Shown piece by piece: positions 35,401-48,612 of a DNA stretch of 64,000 bases (its first letter is position 1; each line of letters begins with the position of its first letter). The DNA is taken from the NCBI GenBank assembly GCA_010909165.1, contig MU008172.1, positions 558,001 to 622,000 on the forward strand, read 5' to 3'. The stretch is from Anthoceros angustus. Lineage: Eukaryota > Plantae > Anthocerotophyta. The position numbers were made by a program, and so were the translations under genes. The notes beneath the pieces are model-generated. The model made no database searches. It worked only from the letters and a program-made list of their open reading frames with translations, and had not been told where the DNA came from.

Positions 35401-37700
35401 CCCCACATGGTATCCTGCTCCAACTCAAACAAATTCGGCCTCCTTCGTCTTGGGGTCCCAATCCATTGGCTTAAAAGCCACTTCCTTCCTCCCCAAGTCA
35501 TCTTGCATCTTGAGCCATCTGAGTCCTTCCCAATAGGATGTCGTGTACCTGGCGCCTTGTCTTTGGATAACCACATAGTCCATGAGATAGGGAATGGTCC
35601 CTATGATGGTGGTTACTCCTTGATTCTCCCACAGTGCATTTTTGACATGTCGGCCAATCTCGGCCTGTTGTGGTATGCTCAATGTCAACCCAAGCTTCCC
35701 TTTGCTTCCGTCATGATGTTCACCCGGATCCGGTATCCGGGAACCGCTTGATGACGGCGATCTCACTTGCGGCTCCGGCCTTGGTCTATCATGGACACTA
35801 GGTTGTTGTAGAAGCACCCTTGGTCGGCTTGGGCAATCGCCTCTTCCTCTTGGGTTGCGCCTCTTGCAAGGCCCTCAACTTGTTGCCGGGTTGTCCTTCA
35901 ATAGTTGACCAAAGCGTGATAGCAAACGATCCATGATGGCGGCAAGGTTAAATGGTCCTCGATCGGTCCCTCCTTCTTCCCAGGCGGTTGGTTGCCTTAG
36001 CAACCGCGTCGGTGTTGCTTAACGCGGCCGCCTTAGCAAGCGGTTGCTAACCGAGGACTTCTGCGGTCTCAGGATCACGCTCGGATTTTGTCTTGGTCAA
36101 TTCCTCCTCTATCATCTCCATGACTTCCGGCGTCCGGTGGAAACTCGGGTTTCCTCTCCCTTTTCTTTGGAACTTCTTTTTCTCATGGCCCCAGGCGATT
36201 CACTCCTTGATTCTTCCTTCTCGGGTTCTCCTTCTCAAGTGTCTCCTCTAGATCCGTTCCCTCCAGCTTGGAGTGCTCTCTTGACTTTTGTGATTGCACC
36301 TCCGTCTCTTTCTTCTTCCATGACTTCCTCCTAGCTTTTTCATTCCTAGTGCGCCATGGCTGCGCCTCTAGTAGTCTCCTCCACCCCCAGTCCATCTAGC
36401 TCCCGCAACACCATGGCTTCGCATCCTCCCATGAGGGCATCCTCCACGTGCATGCTGCCACGGCTCCTTGGGATGCTTGCGAACTCCACAGGTGGTTGAG
36501 CAATTGAGCATCTTCCTCGGTTTGGGCAAGTGACACTCCCGCTACATGACCACATTGTTTGCGGTCTTGGCACATTCGTAGTCACCATTGGCTCTTGTTG
36601 CGATGAACAGCTATTTGCATAATGACCAAAGCCCCTGATTTGTAGCAGAACACCGTTGCTTGGTTGTAACCACAGGCACTTGGTTTATTCGAATGCCGCC
36701 CCATGGAATTTCGCGGCGATGGATGGGCGGTCTTGAATCTTATTGTCCTGAACCTCACGGATCGGTATCCTCCAGCGATCCTCTTCCTCCTCCTCGTGGC
36801 GAGCATGTGCACCTTGGCCACACAGGGACTTAGTGTGGCTGTGGCCACAAGTGGAACAAAGCAGGTTAGCGCCTTTGGATGCGCCTCCTCTTCTCATGCT
36901 CCTTCACGGCGTTGAGGTGAAACTTCTCGAATTTGCTCATCATTTCCTCCATCTTCATTTCTTCTTTGTTGCACCTTCTTGACTTGACCTCCCTCTTGAC
37001 TTGTTCCACTTCCTTCTTAGCACTAGCGACCTCTTGTTTAGCCAGCTCCCTTGATCCTCGAGCCTGGTTTCTTCTTAAGCGCCAACCTTCTTCTTCTTCC
37101 TGCGTCTCTTGAGGATTCTTCCTCCGTCATCCTCAGGAAGAGTCCTCCCGAGTCTGAGTCTTGAGAGGAGTCACTCTCCTCTGAAGTTTCCTCCCCTCGG
37201 CGAAGATCCCTTGTCCTTCTTCCCTCGCTTGGACTTCTTCTTCTTGCTCTTTTCCTTCTTGTGCTTCTTCTTGTCCAAGGAGTTGGATTCTTCGTAGTTG
37301 AGTGCCGCCTTGATGGCCTTGTCTCGTCTTTCTCCGCTTGCCTCACATGTCGGCCCATCTCGGGATCTAACCCCTTAGCAAACCACCGAATGGCACAGAA
37401 TCGAGTGAGGACCACTACGATCACGCAAGTTAAAACCTCTCAACATAAGCTTGCAAGGTCTCCTTCCTTCTTCTCCTCAAAAACTCCAACTTTGACAACA
37501 CGTAGCCTTACATCTATTCCCTGAACCTCTCACAAAAGGCTTTCTTGATTCGTTGAAGGTTCTTTGGGGTCTTGATGCCTTGAGGTACTCCCTCTTGTAC
37601 CACTTGGCTGGCCCTCCGAAGAACTCCGTAGAAGATGAATCTGCTGGATCCCAGTTCACGATTTGCAATGGTTAGTTGCTCAAAGCGTTCAACAAACTCG
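32419..37700 (-). pseudogene. Family B gag-pol (heavily frameshifted)
   Basis: Fragmentary gag about 36-37.7 kb, protease about 35.4-35.8 kb, RT about 34.2-34.9 kb, RH about 33.7-34.0 kb, INT about 32.4-33.4 kb. Confidence 0.85.
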
Positions 37701-38132
37701 TCGGATCTTCATACCTTCTTCTCTCCATACGGTGGGTATGGTGCTTAGTTATTGCAAAAGGCTAAGTCGCCATGACGGTCGTCACTATCCCGACAAGCGG
37801 TTGGTCTAGCAGGATCTCTGTAGCATACTGTCAAAAGTTCTTTGAGTTCACCTGCACAAGTTCAGGAGGTCGGAAAAGGATGGCTGTCGTCCTAGCGTTG
37901 TTGCTTCTTGGCTCCTCCCGGTCGTTACTTTCTGCTCTCCTCGGCTCTCGATGCGCCCTTGCCCCCGCTCCACGGCAGCGTTGTCTTCTTCTTTGAGTCT
38001 TCTCTTCACGGGTGAACTTTCGGACTCAATGGGTAGCATCCATGTATCACACTCAAGACTCCCAATACACTACTAGACAAGGTTAGTCTACTCTAAGGTC
38101 TTGACAACAATGACACTCCCGAAGCGCCAAAA

Positions 38133-41100
38133 TGTGGAGTGATTTTCTAAACCAAGTGGTCACAAAGAGGCCACATTTACCCTCTTTATCGTTGTAGACT
38201 TGAGATTCGTACCCAAGGGAGTGATTTCGTGTCAAGACAACCAAAACATAGCCAATCCAACCAAAACACGGACACACCAAACATCTAGCGATTCTGAGAC
38301 GAACTACCTAACACTCGGACACTGGCTATCTTAGCCACGCGACTATTGCTACCTTAGCAGAGACCGGTTGCTAATCTTAGCAACCACCCTCTACTAGCGG
38401 AGGGTCCACCTTGGGATCAGTCGGCTATTAATAGAAGGTGGGTCCCAGTCGGGATCCAAGTGGATAAGGATCTCTCCCCTCTCTCTCTCTCTTATTCATC
38501 CACAAAGTTAGATCCACCAATCGGGATTCTGCTCCTAACCCCCCTCTCCCTCACTCTTGCGGTTCTTGACTTCCTTTCTCCCTTTCAGCTCACCTTCCAG
38601 GCTCACAGACCTCTGACTCTCACGGTCCTTGGGTGCCTCTCAGCTCCCACACTCTCCAAGTTTCCCAGCTCTCTTCAACTCTCCTTGTTCTCACACCTCA
38701 CCCATTCAATCTCCACTTTCTCGGCTCCTCTCCAGTCCTTACAAGGTTCTCATCCAGACCTTACTTCACCAACTCTCAAAATACTCAGCTCCCCAATCAT
38801 TCCGTCTCATCCACTCCCGGATCTTCAACCTCCACTCACGCTCTCTTCTTGACACAACATCACTTAGACTTCTCAGTCCTTCTTACTCCTCTCAAACTCA
38901 GCAACTCTCCATGTCCGGCATTCTCCACTTCTCTCACAGTTCACTTTTCCTCTCATTTTCCAAACACCAAACCTCAACACACGAAAACTCAAACACAAGG
39001 TGAGTACTAGACAAATGAGAGGAATGAGGAAAGTCTGACCTCCCGGCTTCACAACCCCTTCCTCTTGACCTTGGACTCCTCCAAGGAGACCTCAAGGCTC
39101 CCTCCCTTGCTTTCCACCACCCTTGCGGATCGGCCACACGGATCTGGGCAACAGTAGTCTTCTTGGCTCTCACGGAGAGGGCTAGACTTACGACCTTTGG
39201 ATCCAAACCCCGTGCTCATTAAACACCAAGACTTTAGGCCAACATTGCTTACATTTCATCAAGAGGTGCCTCTTATACCCAAGATCATTACAAAAGCGCT
39301 TGCTTGCCAAAAATACCAATCGGTCTTAGCCTACCAATCCTAGAGGCCTATCTCAATTCTATCCACTATGAGAGGATAAGATTTATCTATAACACATGGG
39401 CCTTTAGCTATTTGCCACTTACCCTATTACCTCTCCACAGGCCTCCTAGGCCCCATGTCTCCTCTTCTCTCCTCCCTCTTGGCTGGTTGGGCAATCTCTC
39501 CCATAAAATCTCTACCTCCTCAGTGGACTCTCTCTCTCTCTTGTGCTCGCATGTGCAGTACTCCTCCTCGGTGAGCTCTTGAATCTGGATGGGTCGGTGA
39601 GAGTTTCCTCCTTAAGAATCCAACCCATAGGTAGGATCCGGTGCCCAAGGCATGGATCAAGTACCTCCATGTCCCCCATGCCCACAACAACATAAACTTT
39701 CGAGACAATCTTCTCTCCAGCCAAGGAGAATCCGGGCACATGGTTATCTTGATAAGCATCCCTCAATCTAATGCACCATTGGGAAGTTAGACTTCTTAGG
39801 CGGTGCTTACCCGCTCCCACAGCTTTGTCCTCCTCACGGTCTTTGCCCCTTCTTCCTTGTTGTAGCTGGTCTTGGAGCCCGCTCCCTTAGCAGCGGTGGG
39901 TGTGCTTTAGCCGGCCCGGCGGTTGCTTAGCAACCTCCTCTGCTGCCAACTCGACGATTCTTCCATGGGAGGCTCCGCATCTTCCACGGTGGCTCTCCTT
40001 GCAATCCAGCCCTCTTGGCCTCTTTCCAACCTTTCCTTGCCTCGTCCCTCTCCTTCTTGTGGCGCCCAGTGAGCATCCGGTTTCGGCTGAACTTGCGCAT
40101 CGAGATGACATTGCAGCTCCCTATGGTGCTTTGTCGTCAGGAGGCTGAACCATGAGGGTTTCGATCCTTGGTCTTGCAACTCTTCTCGGACCTTCCTTAA
40201 TTCCTTCCATGCTACCTAGGCGTCCCTCAAGACCTCCTTCTCCCTTCATTCCACAGCTCCTTGTTGCTCTCCCTTGCTGCGCTGTAAACCTAACAAGAGA
40301 GGACGAGCTATGGTCCTCCATCTCACCTAGTGCGTGCCATAGCTGAGACCACTCTTGCGGTGATGTTAGGCCCCAAACCCTTGGGGATGGGTTCCCTCCT
40401 TCCTATCTGGCCCGGCTCTCCCCTGCGACCACTTGGGGTATACTTGAGGTCACCTTTGAGCAGTGAGTGACTTTCTCGGGTTCGGCCGTGCCCAAGGTTG
40501 GGCGATTCCTCCTGACTGTGGCTTCCCGCGGGCTCTGGAGCTGGTCTGCCTGGCCTTTCCTTTATCCTGCTTGTCGGTGAGTTCCGTCGTGCTCTTGTGG
40601 CTCTAGGAGTGGTTGGAGTCCCTGTTGCTCGGCCCGACCTCTCTTGGTGCTGTTGGGGTCTTAGCAACTCCAGTTGCTTTGTACCATGGTGATGCCTTAG
40701 CGCCACATTCCTCTTCATGGACACGGACTTCTCATCTTCACTCCCGGTGCCCGGAGATGGCCTCTTCCTCGACTCCTCTTTGGGCTTCCTTCTTTCAAAC
40801 ACCGGCCTCCGGGCATGGAGTGAGACCATCTCTATCCCTCCGGCAACTTGGCATGGTCAAAATGTGGATTAAGAAGGAGATAGAGGAGGGCTGGGTGATG
40901 GTAGGGTCAAGTGGTCCCTCTCCACATCTTGTGTCATAGAACATCCTAGCCCAATCTATCTTGGACCCTCTCACCACCTCATAGAAAGACAAGAAATGGT
41001 CGAATGTGCTCTAGCTTCTTAGTGAGCTGAGAGCACAGGATCCACTGGCTAATCCGGCCATTTCGGGGTCTAACTTGTTGGTGACCCGCCATTCTCCACC

Positions 41101-42643
41101 CTAGACAATGTGGGAGCAATGGCGACAGCCTCCTGACTTTTGGGAGATGGCTTCAAAGGATCAATGATTATTCCACCACATTCCTCTTGAGCCTCTCATA
41201 GGCACTGGAACAATGAATATTCCAGTGCGGGGTTGGTTCTCGTGTTGCCTTCCCCTGTGGCCTTCTCCCTCATGTGCCCCGCACATTCCAAAACCAATTA
41301 CAGGCTCTTGTAGCACCACTTTTTGTCCATGAAGGACAAGTGATGCTTAGCCACCAAGACCGCCTTTCACTCTCCGATTGCCCCATGTTGGGCCATTGAG
41401 CGATGGTAATGGCCTCAATAGCCGGAGTGGTCTTCTTAGGGCCATTCGGGTATCGGTCTCCTCGGGCGACTTCCCACAAATTTCCGCTTAGCTCTTGTTT
41501 GTGAGAATTCCCTGTGGAAACACTTCTTTTCGGCTTCCAACTCCACGATGGCAAGGGTGTCACCCGATTCACTCCGGCACTTGGGAAGCGTCACGGACCA
41601 CAATTTATTCGTTCATTATCTTCGGCCGTTTTACGTGTCCGGCTTGACCGGCACCCTACGATTGAAACCATCTGATCCTTTGGTATCTATATGCTGCCGC
41701 TCAAGCCGATCCGCCTTTCCTCCTCAAATATGAGGTCCGGGGTGTATCCTGCAACCGATTGAGCGGTGACCCCCACAGTGCGCTTCGTCTCGCCTCCGCA
41801 GCTCCCTTAGTGCGTGCCACCCTCTTTCTGGGCAATTCCTGCGGCTCCCTTACTTCATTCAATCCACCCGCTCACCTCGATTTCTTGCGTACCGGTATCG
41901 CGCCAGCCGCCCGGCTTCCAGGCTGCCGGCCCGATTATTCCACATTGTTGGGCGAAATTCACGGCGCCCCAACCTACTTGCCGATTCGCCATGCAGCGTC
42001 TTGAACTTCCCGCCAATCCGTTCGCGACCTCCGGCTCCCCTATCTATACAGGGCGTATCGACTCGGCTCGACCTTCTACCCGCTTCCAATATGCGCATTC
42101 CCGGACGCCTCCGATTGGCCTTCTCTGCTGCGCTCGTGGATGCCTTGACTCTGTGCCGCCCTTGTGTCCTTCTCGCTCATCTCCGTCCACTTCGCTCGAG
42201 CTTGAGGCGCGCCTCGACTGCACAGGTTCACAATTATTCCTCCTCCCGCCGCTGGACTTAATTGCTACTAGGACTTCCCCGCCGTTACTTCACATTCGAA
42301 TATTTTCCAATGATTTCGCTCAATTGGATTTCCGTTTATCGGAAAATAACTCCGACTTGGTTGCTTCCATAGCAACAGGCTCCCAAGTCGGTTGCTGTCA
42401 TAGCAACATGTCCTGTTAGCAACGGTCCTAGCATCCGCGTTAACAACCGGTCGAGCAGCCAACCCTCCGAGATTCTGTCCAGGGTCAGGACTTAGACTCT
42501 CTTCCTCCTACTAGGCTCTAGTAGACTTTTCTTATTTCCTAACCTACTTCACATTCCAAGTCCACACGATTCTCACAACTTAAACACAAAACAAAAAAAA
42601 CACTCCTTTTTGAGGGGGTCTGAGTACCCATGTGGTCACCACA
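38133..42643 (-). repeat. 5' LTR of family B, 4,511 bp, containing the same ORF remnant
   Basis: Colinear with the 3' LTR; followed on the minus strand by the PBS. Confidence 0.92.
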
Positions 42644-42648
42644 CTTAG

Positions 42649-43630
42649 TTATTCCTGGCAACAATATTGAACTAGTTAACAAGATTAAAGCTGACCTTAG
42701 CAAAGAATTTGATATGAAGGATCTTGGCAAAGTTAAATATATTCTTGGAATGCATGTACATAGAGATACCACTGGTGCTATCTATCTCCATCAAGGAAGA
42801 TATGTAGCTGGTATGTTAAAACGCTTCAATTTGGAGAATGCACATGTGGCAGCCACACCTGGTGCCGTAGGTGTTAAGCTTTCATCTGCTACCTGTCCAC
42901 AATCTGAACAGGAAAAGAAAGAGATCATTGGAAAATATTCCTTATCGTATGGGAGTTTGTACTCTCATGTTCTTGAGTAATCAAACCAAACCAGATATCT
43001 CAAATACTGTAAATGTTATTTTCGGTTCTCGGAGAATCGGAAGGCTCGCTGGGTTGCTCTCAAGCGCATCATGTGGTACCTCAAGGGACTCGAGATCATG
43101 GCGTGCTGAAGCCTAAGCGGAAGAAGCATCATCTTGACATGCTTTGTCGAGCCAGTTGAAGCTTGAGCGACAACACGGCAATATCTCGTATTGTTTCTTC
43201 TTGGCTCACTTTGTTAATTGGTCTTGTGAAAAGCAAGCAATATCACTTTCATCAACAAAATCGGAGTACAAATCACTCACAGAAGCCACGAATGAGGCTC
43301 AATGGGAAAGAAAGCTATGAGAAGATTTGGATATGAAGCGGGGAAGAATAGCGATTGCTTAATTGACAATATGTATACATTGCTCTTAGCTAATCACATC
43401 TTTCATGCAGCAGAAGCATATTGAGATTCAACACCATTATATTCGTGCATGGTATCAAAGCCCTCTATACATATGATCCTTAGCGCTGTGGGCTTAGACT
43501 AATTAATAGATGCATGCTGCTAGCATAGTTGCTGCTGAGAGAGGAATTGTTAAGGTACAGTATGTACCCATACACGACAATACAGCAGATATACTGTCAA
43601 AATCCTTGCCGAAGTTCAAACATTGCTTCC
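42649..43630 (+). pseudogene. Ty1/copia pol, right part (RT end and RNase H)
   Basis: IPGNNIELVNKIKADLSKEFDMKDLGKVKYILG continues YVDDLV; ends DNTADILSKSLPKFKHCF and resumes HREGLGLV after 45965. Confidence 0.9.
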
Positions 43631-45965
43631 AACATCATAATTTTTGAAGGGGGTGAATAATCTCGAAGGGGGTTTTCCATAAATAATCTCTGAAGGGGGT
43701 TTTTTATGGGCCCTAAAATAGCGTTTTTAAGGCATTCTAGAAAACATCTCCGAAAAAAAGGGTGTCACCCACTAAAGTTCCTACTTTCCATCGAGCAATG
43801 TTTCTGTCGAATGATGGTTGCAAACTCGAACCTATGGGATTAATACAAAGTAGGAACGGTAAGGAAGGCCGTTCTGCCGAGCGATATAAATTCGATTTGG
43901 GAAAATGTGGTTTGTTATGACACAACAAAAGCCACGCAGACGAGGTATTTCCAAAACACACGGAATACTTACAACATTCACTGGGACCGGGACAAAGATT
44001 TCGGTTTCACTCATCACGAGTTCAATCCATCATCACTTGGTCCGACTTCTCCATTGTCATCACTATCTTGACACTTTGACTTCAGGTTGTGTAGCGCACT
44101 CATGAGCTTATCCTTATCGCTTTTTGTCCGCATACACATGTTTAGTGCGTTCAACACAAACCCATAATCTGATGGTATTTCATTCACAAACCTCCAGTAT
44201 GTTTTTAGGTAATGGACCTTATTCCCTTTTTCCTCGGCATTGGACCGGATGGGTTGGCACTCGATGGACTATGTATTCCACATATCTCCTTCATACGCAT
44301 CTATGTGCTCGGTCCGATACGAGTGGATAAGAAAGTGAGGTCGTGGTGCATCTAGCTTCGTCAATGACCTCCCCAATCCGAATGGCTTTGTTATGCGTGT
44401 CCAGTGCGGCGCGCGGCATCCCTTCCGGATTTCCATTATGTCCCCATTCATCGCGCCATTCCACTGCCTTCCGCATTTTGATATGCCCCAAGTACATATC
44501 ACGCGTGGGAGGTCCCTCAATAATGCCTCATCTAGCAAAGCTTCATCCGCCAGTGGTCTGTATGATCCGCACGCGTGAAAACCACTTCCAAGACTGTAGC
44601 ACTAGCCCAATGTTATTCTCCACAATGATAGCAATCTCCTTCGGTCCACCCAAAAGGCTTCCCACCACTTGTACTCTTCAGCATCACCTATGGACGCAAA
44701 TCTTTTAACCCTTCACCACAAATGGGCCACACCTTCCATCGGTGATAGGATACTGCCGTTCCTTCTTGTCCCCCTAGCTTCACCCGCCTTGTAGGATGGT
44801 CGAGAGGCGGCCGTCCGGCGCCCAATGCCTGCGTCGGTCTTGCTGAAACAAGGAAAGCGGCCGGCCGGCCCGTGTATATCCTCGACATGCCACCTCATGG
44901 GCCGTGGCCTCTCCCCAACATGCCACCTCATGGCGCGGGAGCGCCTCTCCTGCTGTGGTGGCCGGCGTGTGGCGAGCCCCTCCCAGGAAACCGCCCATGG
45001 GCGCGGTGGCCCCTCCCCTCCCCAACCACCGCGCCGCCGCCGTCCCGTACGCGCCTCCCCTGTACTTCCCACACGCCGTGGCGCCCCCTCGCCATGGGCT
45101 CCTCATAGGCTGTCTTTAAGAAAATGAATATTTAGCGGCTCAAGAGTCTTGCAACTTGGGACCGTTGGTCAAGTGCTTGGGAAAAAGGTGTAGGAATGAA
45201 TAGGTTCCGTGTTTGAAACCCATAATTTCTTAATAACTCAACTTTGTTGATTTTAAGGATGCTTGCATGGGCGCATGGGCAACTAACTTTGTTCATTTTA
45301 AGGATGCTGGCATTGCCTTAAAGCCCAAGTGGTTGCATTGAGTGCCAGAAGGTTGAACACCACGACTGGCAACCTTTTGGATGAGGTCGTGAACCCTAGA
45401 TGTTGTGTGGCGATCCACCTTTGTCGGACGGCCCAAGAATGATACTATTGATGAGCGAGCAAGCAATGGAGGAGAAACACTTTGGGCGGAGGATATGGAC
45501 CGCCTCCGGAATATGGCGTGGTACTTGACTCGGTTCAGTATGAGGCATGGATGAGTCACCAGGCCGCACTCTTGAATGACTATTGTTGATGTAGATGACC
45601 ACCTCCTCCTGTAGTAGTTGTTTGTTGCAATGTTCTCACAACCATTGAAATGAGACTCCCGCTAGTGTGAGTTGTTTTCATTGTGTTCCACCACTTGAAG
45701 TAAAAGTTTTCGTTGTAATAAACATATGAAAATGGCAGCCCTCTATGCATTCTACAAAGCGGGCAGGGGCCACACTCATGCTCCAATTCTCGGGTGTAGA
45801 CGTGAAAGTGCGTCTTTTATCAAAGGTATGACCTCATAAAGGGTGTGCGCATTATCAAAGTAGGGTAGATATGCTGTTGCAGGAAGGGTGTACATCGTGA
45901 CAAGGAGGTGTTGTCTCGACCGAAGGGGGTTACTATATTCTCCCCCCTTCAAAAATTATCATGTT
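43631..45965. mobile_element. 2,335-bp element with ~30-bp TIRs and a TTCC target duplication
   Basis: Left AACATCATAATTTTTGAAGGGGGTGAATA vs right (reverse complement) AACATGATAATTTTTGAAGGGGGGAGAATA; TTCC at 43627-43630 and 45966-45969; removal restores the copia frame. Confidence 0.8.
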
Positions 45966-46314
45966 TTCCACAGAGAAGGGCTTGGATTGGTTGGTATGCT
46001 TGACTTTACAATTTGGACCGGTCACATTTGGTGAGGTGCATCTTATATTAGAACGTTCAGTTACTTGAAGTTGTGACTATTGAACCGCTTGCTTCAATCT
46101 TAGTTAATGGGGTGACGATCGGTGAGTTGAGTTTAGTTGAAGGTAGTGGTACTTATACAATACTCCGAGGCGAGTGATTATTAGTTCTTTGTTTTAGATA
46201 CTAGCGAGAAGAAGAGTTGAAATGGAATACGTTGGTTATGGTTAGCTTAGCTAACTAAGGCGTGGTCATACCCTTTGGTATCTTGTCTTGAAGAGGTACA
46301 ACTCTTCAGACACA

Positions 46315-48612
46315 GGCTATAAAAGCCCATCTCTTGTAATCAATTGTATCAATTAGTAAAGCACTAAACTTTGATCAAATGCTTCCGCAAAGCACCTCAA
46401 ACTAAAAAACATCAGCTTGAGAGGCCTGAAGAAGAACCTTCTTGTACCTATCAAACTCCTCCATAGGACACCAAGAGTTGTGTCTTTCAAAGTAAGCCAA
46501 CCAAGACAAGCTCTCTGTCCTGCTCCTAGGCCTCTGTAAGGTTTGAGGATCAAAGGCAAGAAGGAAGCATGTTATTGGGGGATACTCTAGAGAGACCTCA
46601 AGAGAGTTATTTTTTTATACTCAGCACTATTCGAATCTAAAGGTTAAGCACACCCACCACTTCAACTACACACACACCCCTTCCTCTACAAAACGGTAAC
46701 TCTAAGAAGATATCCTCAGTCAGATGCCTTCGGGAGCACATTATTGGCCTCGACACCTGTACATGACCTACGCAATACCTACGACACACATGCCAAGTAC
46801 GTCAGGAAAGCATGTGAACGACTTTGGTCTAGCAGCATTAACGCAGAAATAGCACTTTACACTACATACACACAAAGCTTTCAAAAATAGAATTTCTTGA
46901 GATGTGAGCTGCTCATAGTTTCTGCCCTTTCCAGCAGCGGTGGTACCAAGATAATGTGACTCTAGAATCATGTACCTCTTTTACCAGAATGGACCTTTCG
47001 GTGGGTTTGAGTTATTTGCAACTTCTCTTTAAGATACCTCCTCATGTTCGACCTCAATACCCAGTCTCCTTCTTCAAAGTCGAATCCCTTCCTTCCACCA
47101 TCATAAGCCTCCTTCTGCATCATCTTCTCTTCATTCATCTTGACAAATGAAATCCTCCTTACTTCGTCCAATTCATAGAGTTGAATCAAGCGGTCCTCAT
47201 CATCTAGCACTGCAGCTTCAAGTATGGCAAAACCTTTGGTCGCAGCCACTACCTGTGAAGGTAGTGGCTGCACTCTTGCAACAACTCCTTATACCAAATC
47301 AAAGGTGGGACATTCAGGGCAGCTTTTACTCTTGTTCTGACTGCCCACAACGTTCCATAAAGATATTGATCCCACCTCCTTTGACTCACATAACTTGGCT
47401 AAGACCTTGATGACAACCTTATTGGAACTCTAAGCATGTCCATTAGCTATAAGGTGGTAAGGGGTAGCAAATTTATGCTTGGAACCAGGCTATAAAAGCC
47501 CATCTCTTGTAATCAATTGTATCAATTAGTAAAGCACTAAACTTTGATCAAATGCTTCCGCAAAGCACCTCAAACTAAAAAACATCAGCTTGAGAGGCCC
47601 GAAGAAGAACCTTCTTGTACTATCAAACTCCTCCATAGGACACCAAGAGTTGTGTCTTTCAAAGTAAGCCAACAGACAAGCTCTACTGTCACACTCCTGC
47701 CTGTGGTTTGAGGATCAAAGGCGAAGGAAGCATGTTATTGGGGATACTCTAGAGACCTCAAGAGAGTTATTTTTTATACTGCACTGTGAATCTAAAGGTT
47801 AAGCACACCCACCACTTCAACTACACACACACCTTCCTCTACAAAGCGGTAACTCTAGAAGATATCCTCGGTCGGATGCCTTGGGAGCACATTATTAGCC
47901 TCGACACATGCATGACCTCGCAATACCTCGACACATGCCAATCGTCGGGAAAGCATGTGAGCGACTTTGGTCTAGCGGCGTGCTTGAAATAGCACTTTAC
48001 ACTACATACACACAAAGCTTTCAAAAATAGAATTTCTTGAGATGTGAGCTGCTCATAGTTTCTGCCCTTTCCAGCAGCGGTGGTACCAAGATAGTAACAG
48101 CTCTAGAATCATGTACCTCTTTTACCAAGAATGGACCTTTCCAGTGGGGTTTGAGTTTATTTGCAACTTCTCTTTTAAGATACCTCCTCATGTTCAGCCT
48201 CAATACCCAGTCTCCTTCTTCAAAGTCGAATCCCTTCCTTCCACCATCATAAGCCTCCTTCTGCATCATCTTCTCTTCATTCATCTTGACAAATGAAATC
48301 CTCCTTACTTCGTCCAATTCATAGAGTTGAATCAAGCGGTCCTCATCATCTAGCACTGCAGCTTCAAGTATGGAAAAACCTTTGGTGCGGCCACTGAAGG
48401 TAGGCACTCTTACAACTCCTTATACCAAATCAAAGTGGGACATTGGGGCAGCTTTTACTCTTGTTACGATTGCCCTGGCGTTCCATGAAGATATTGATCC
48501 CTCCTTTGACTCACATAACTTGGCTAAGACCTTGATGACAACCTTATTGGAACTCTAAGCATGTCCATTAGCTATAAGGTGGTAAGGGGTAGCAAATTTA
48601 TGCTTGGAACCA
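46315..48612 (-). repeat. About 1.17-kb tandem duplication of the integrase C-terminus and 3' region
   Basis: caggctataaaagcccatctcttg at 46315 and about 47487; units end aaatttatgcttggaacc. Confidence 0.88.

Larger units (their letters stand above)
28185..42643 (-). mobile_element. Complete 14,459-bp non-chromo Ty3/gypsy (Athila-like) LTR retrotransposon, family B
   Basis: TG..CA LTRs at 28185-32382 and 38133-42643; 5-bp TSD CTTAG at 28180-28184 and 42644-42648; PBS-like TTTTGGCGCTTCGGG at 38132-38118; PPT at 32397-32383; internal gag, PR, RT (LNKATKKDHF, VFLDDF), RH, INT (WGLTWDRFNP, YILVATD); no extra RNase H or chromodomain seen. Confidence 0.93.

Noticed and set aside
43631-43645. Adenovirus-like CATCAT terminus of the TIR element
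   Set aside because: The right end reads CATGAT, the element is only 2.3 kb, and no protein-primed polymerase or capsid motifs are seen.
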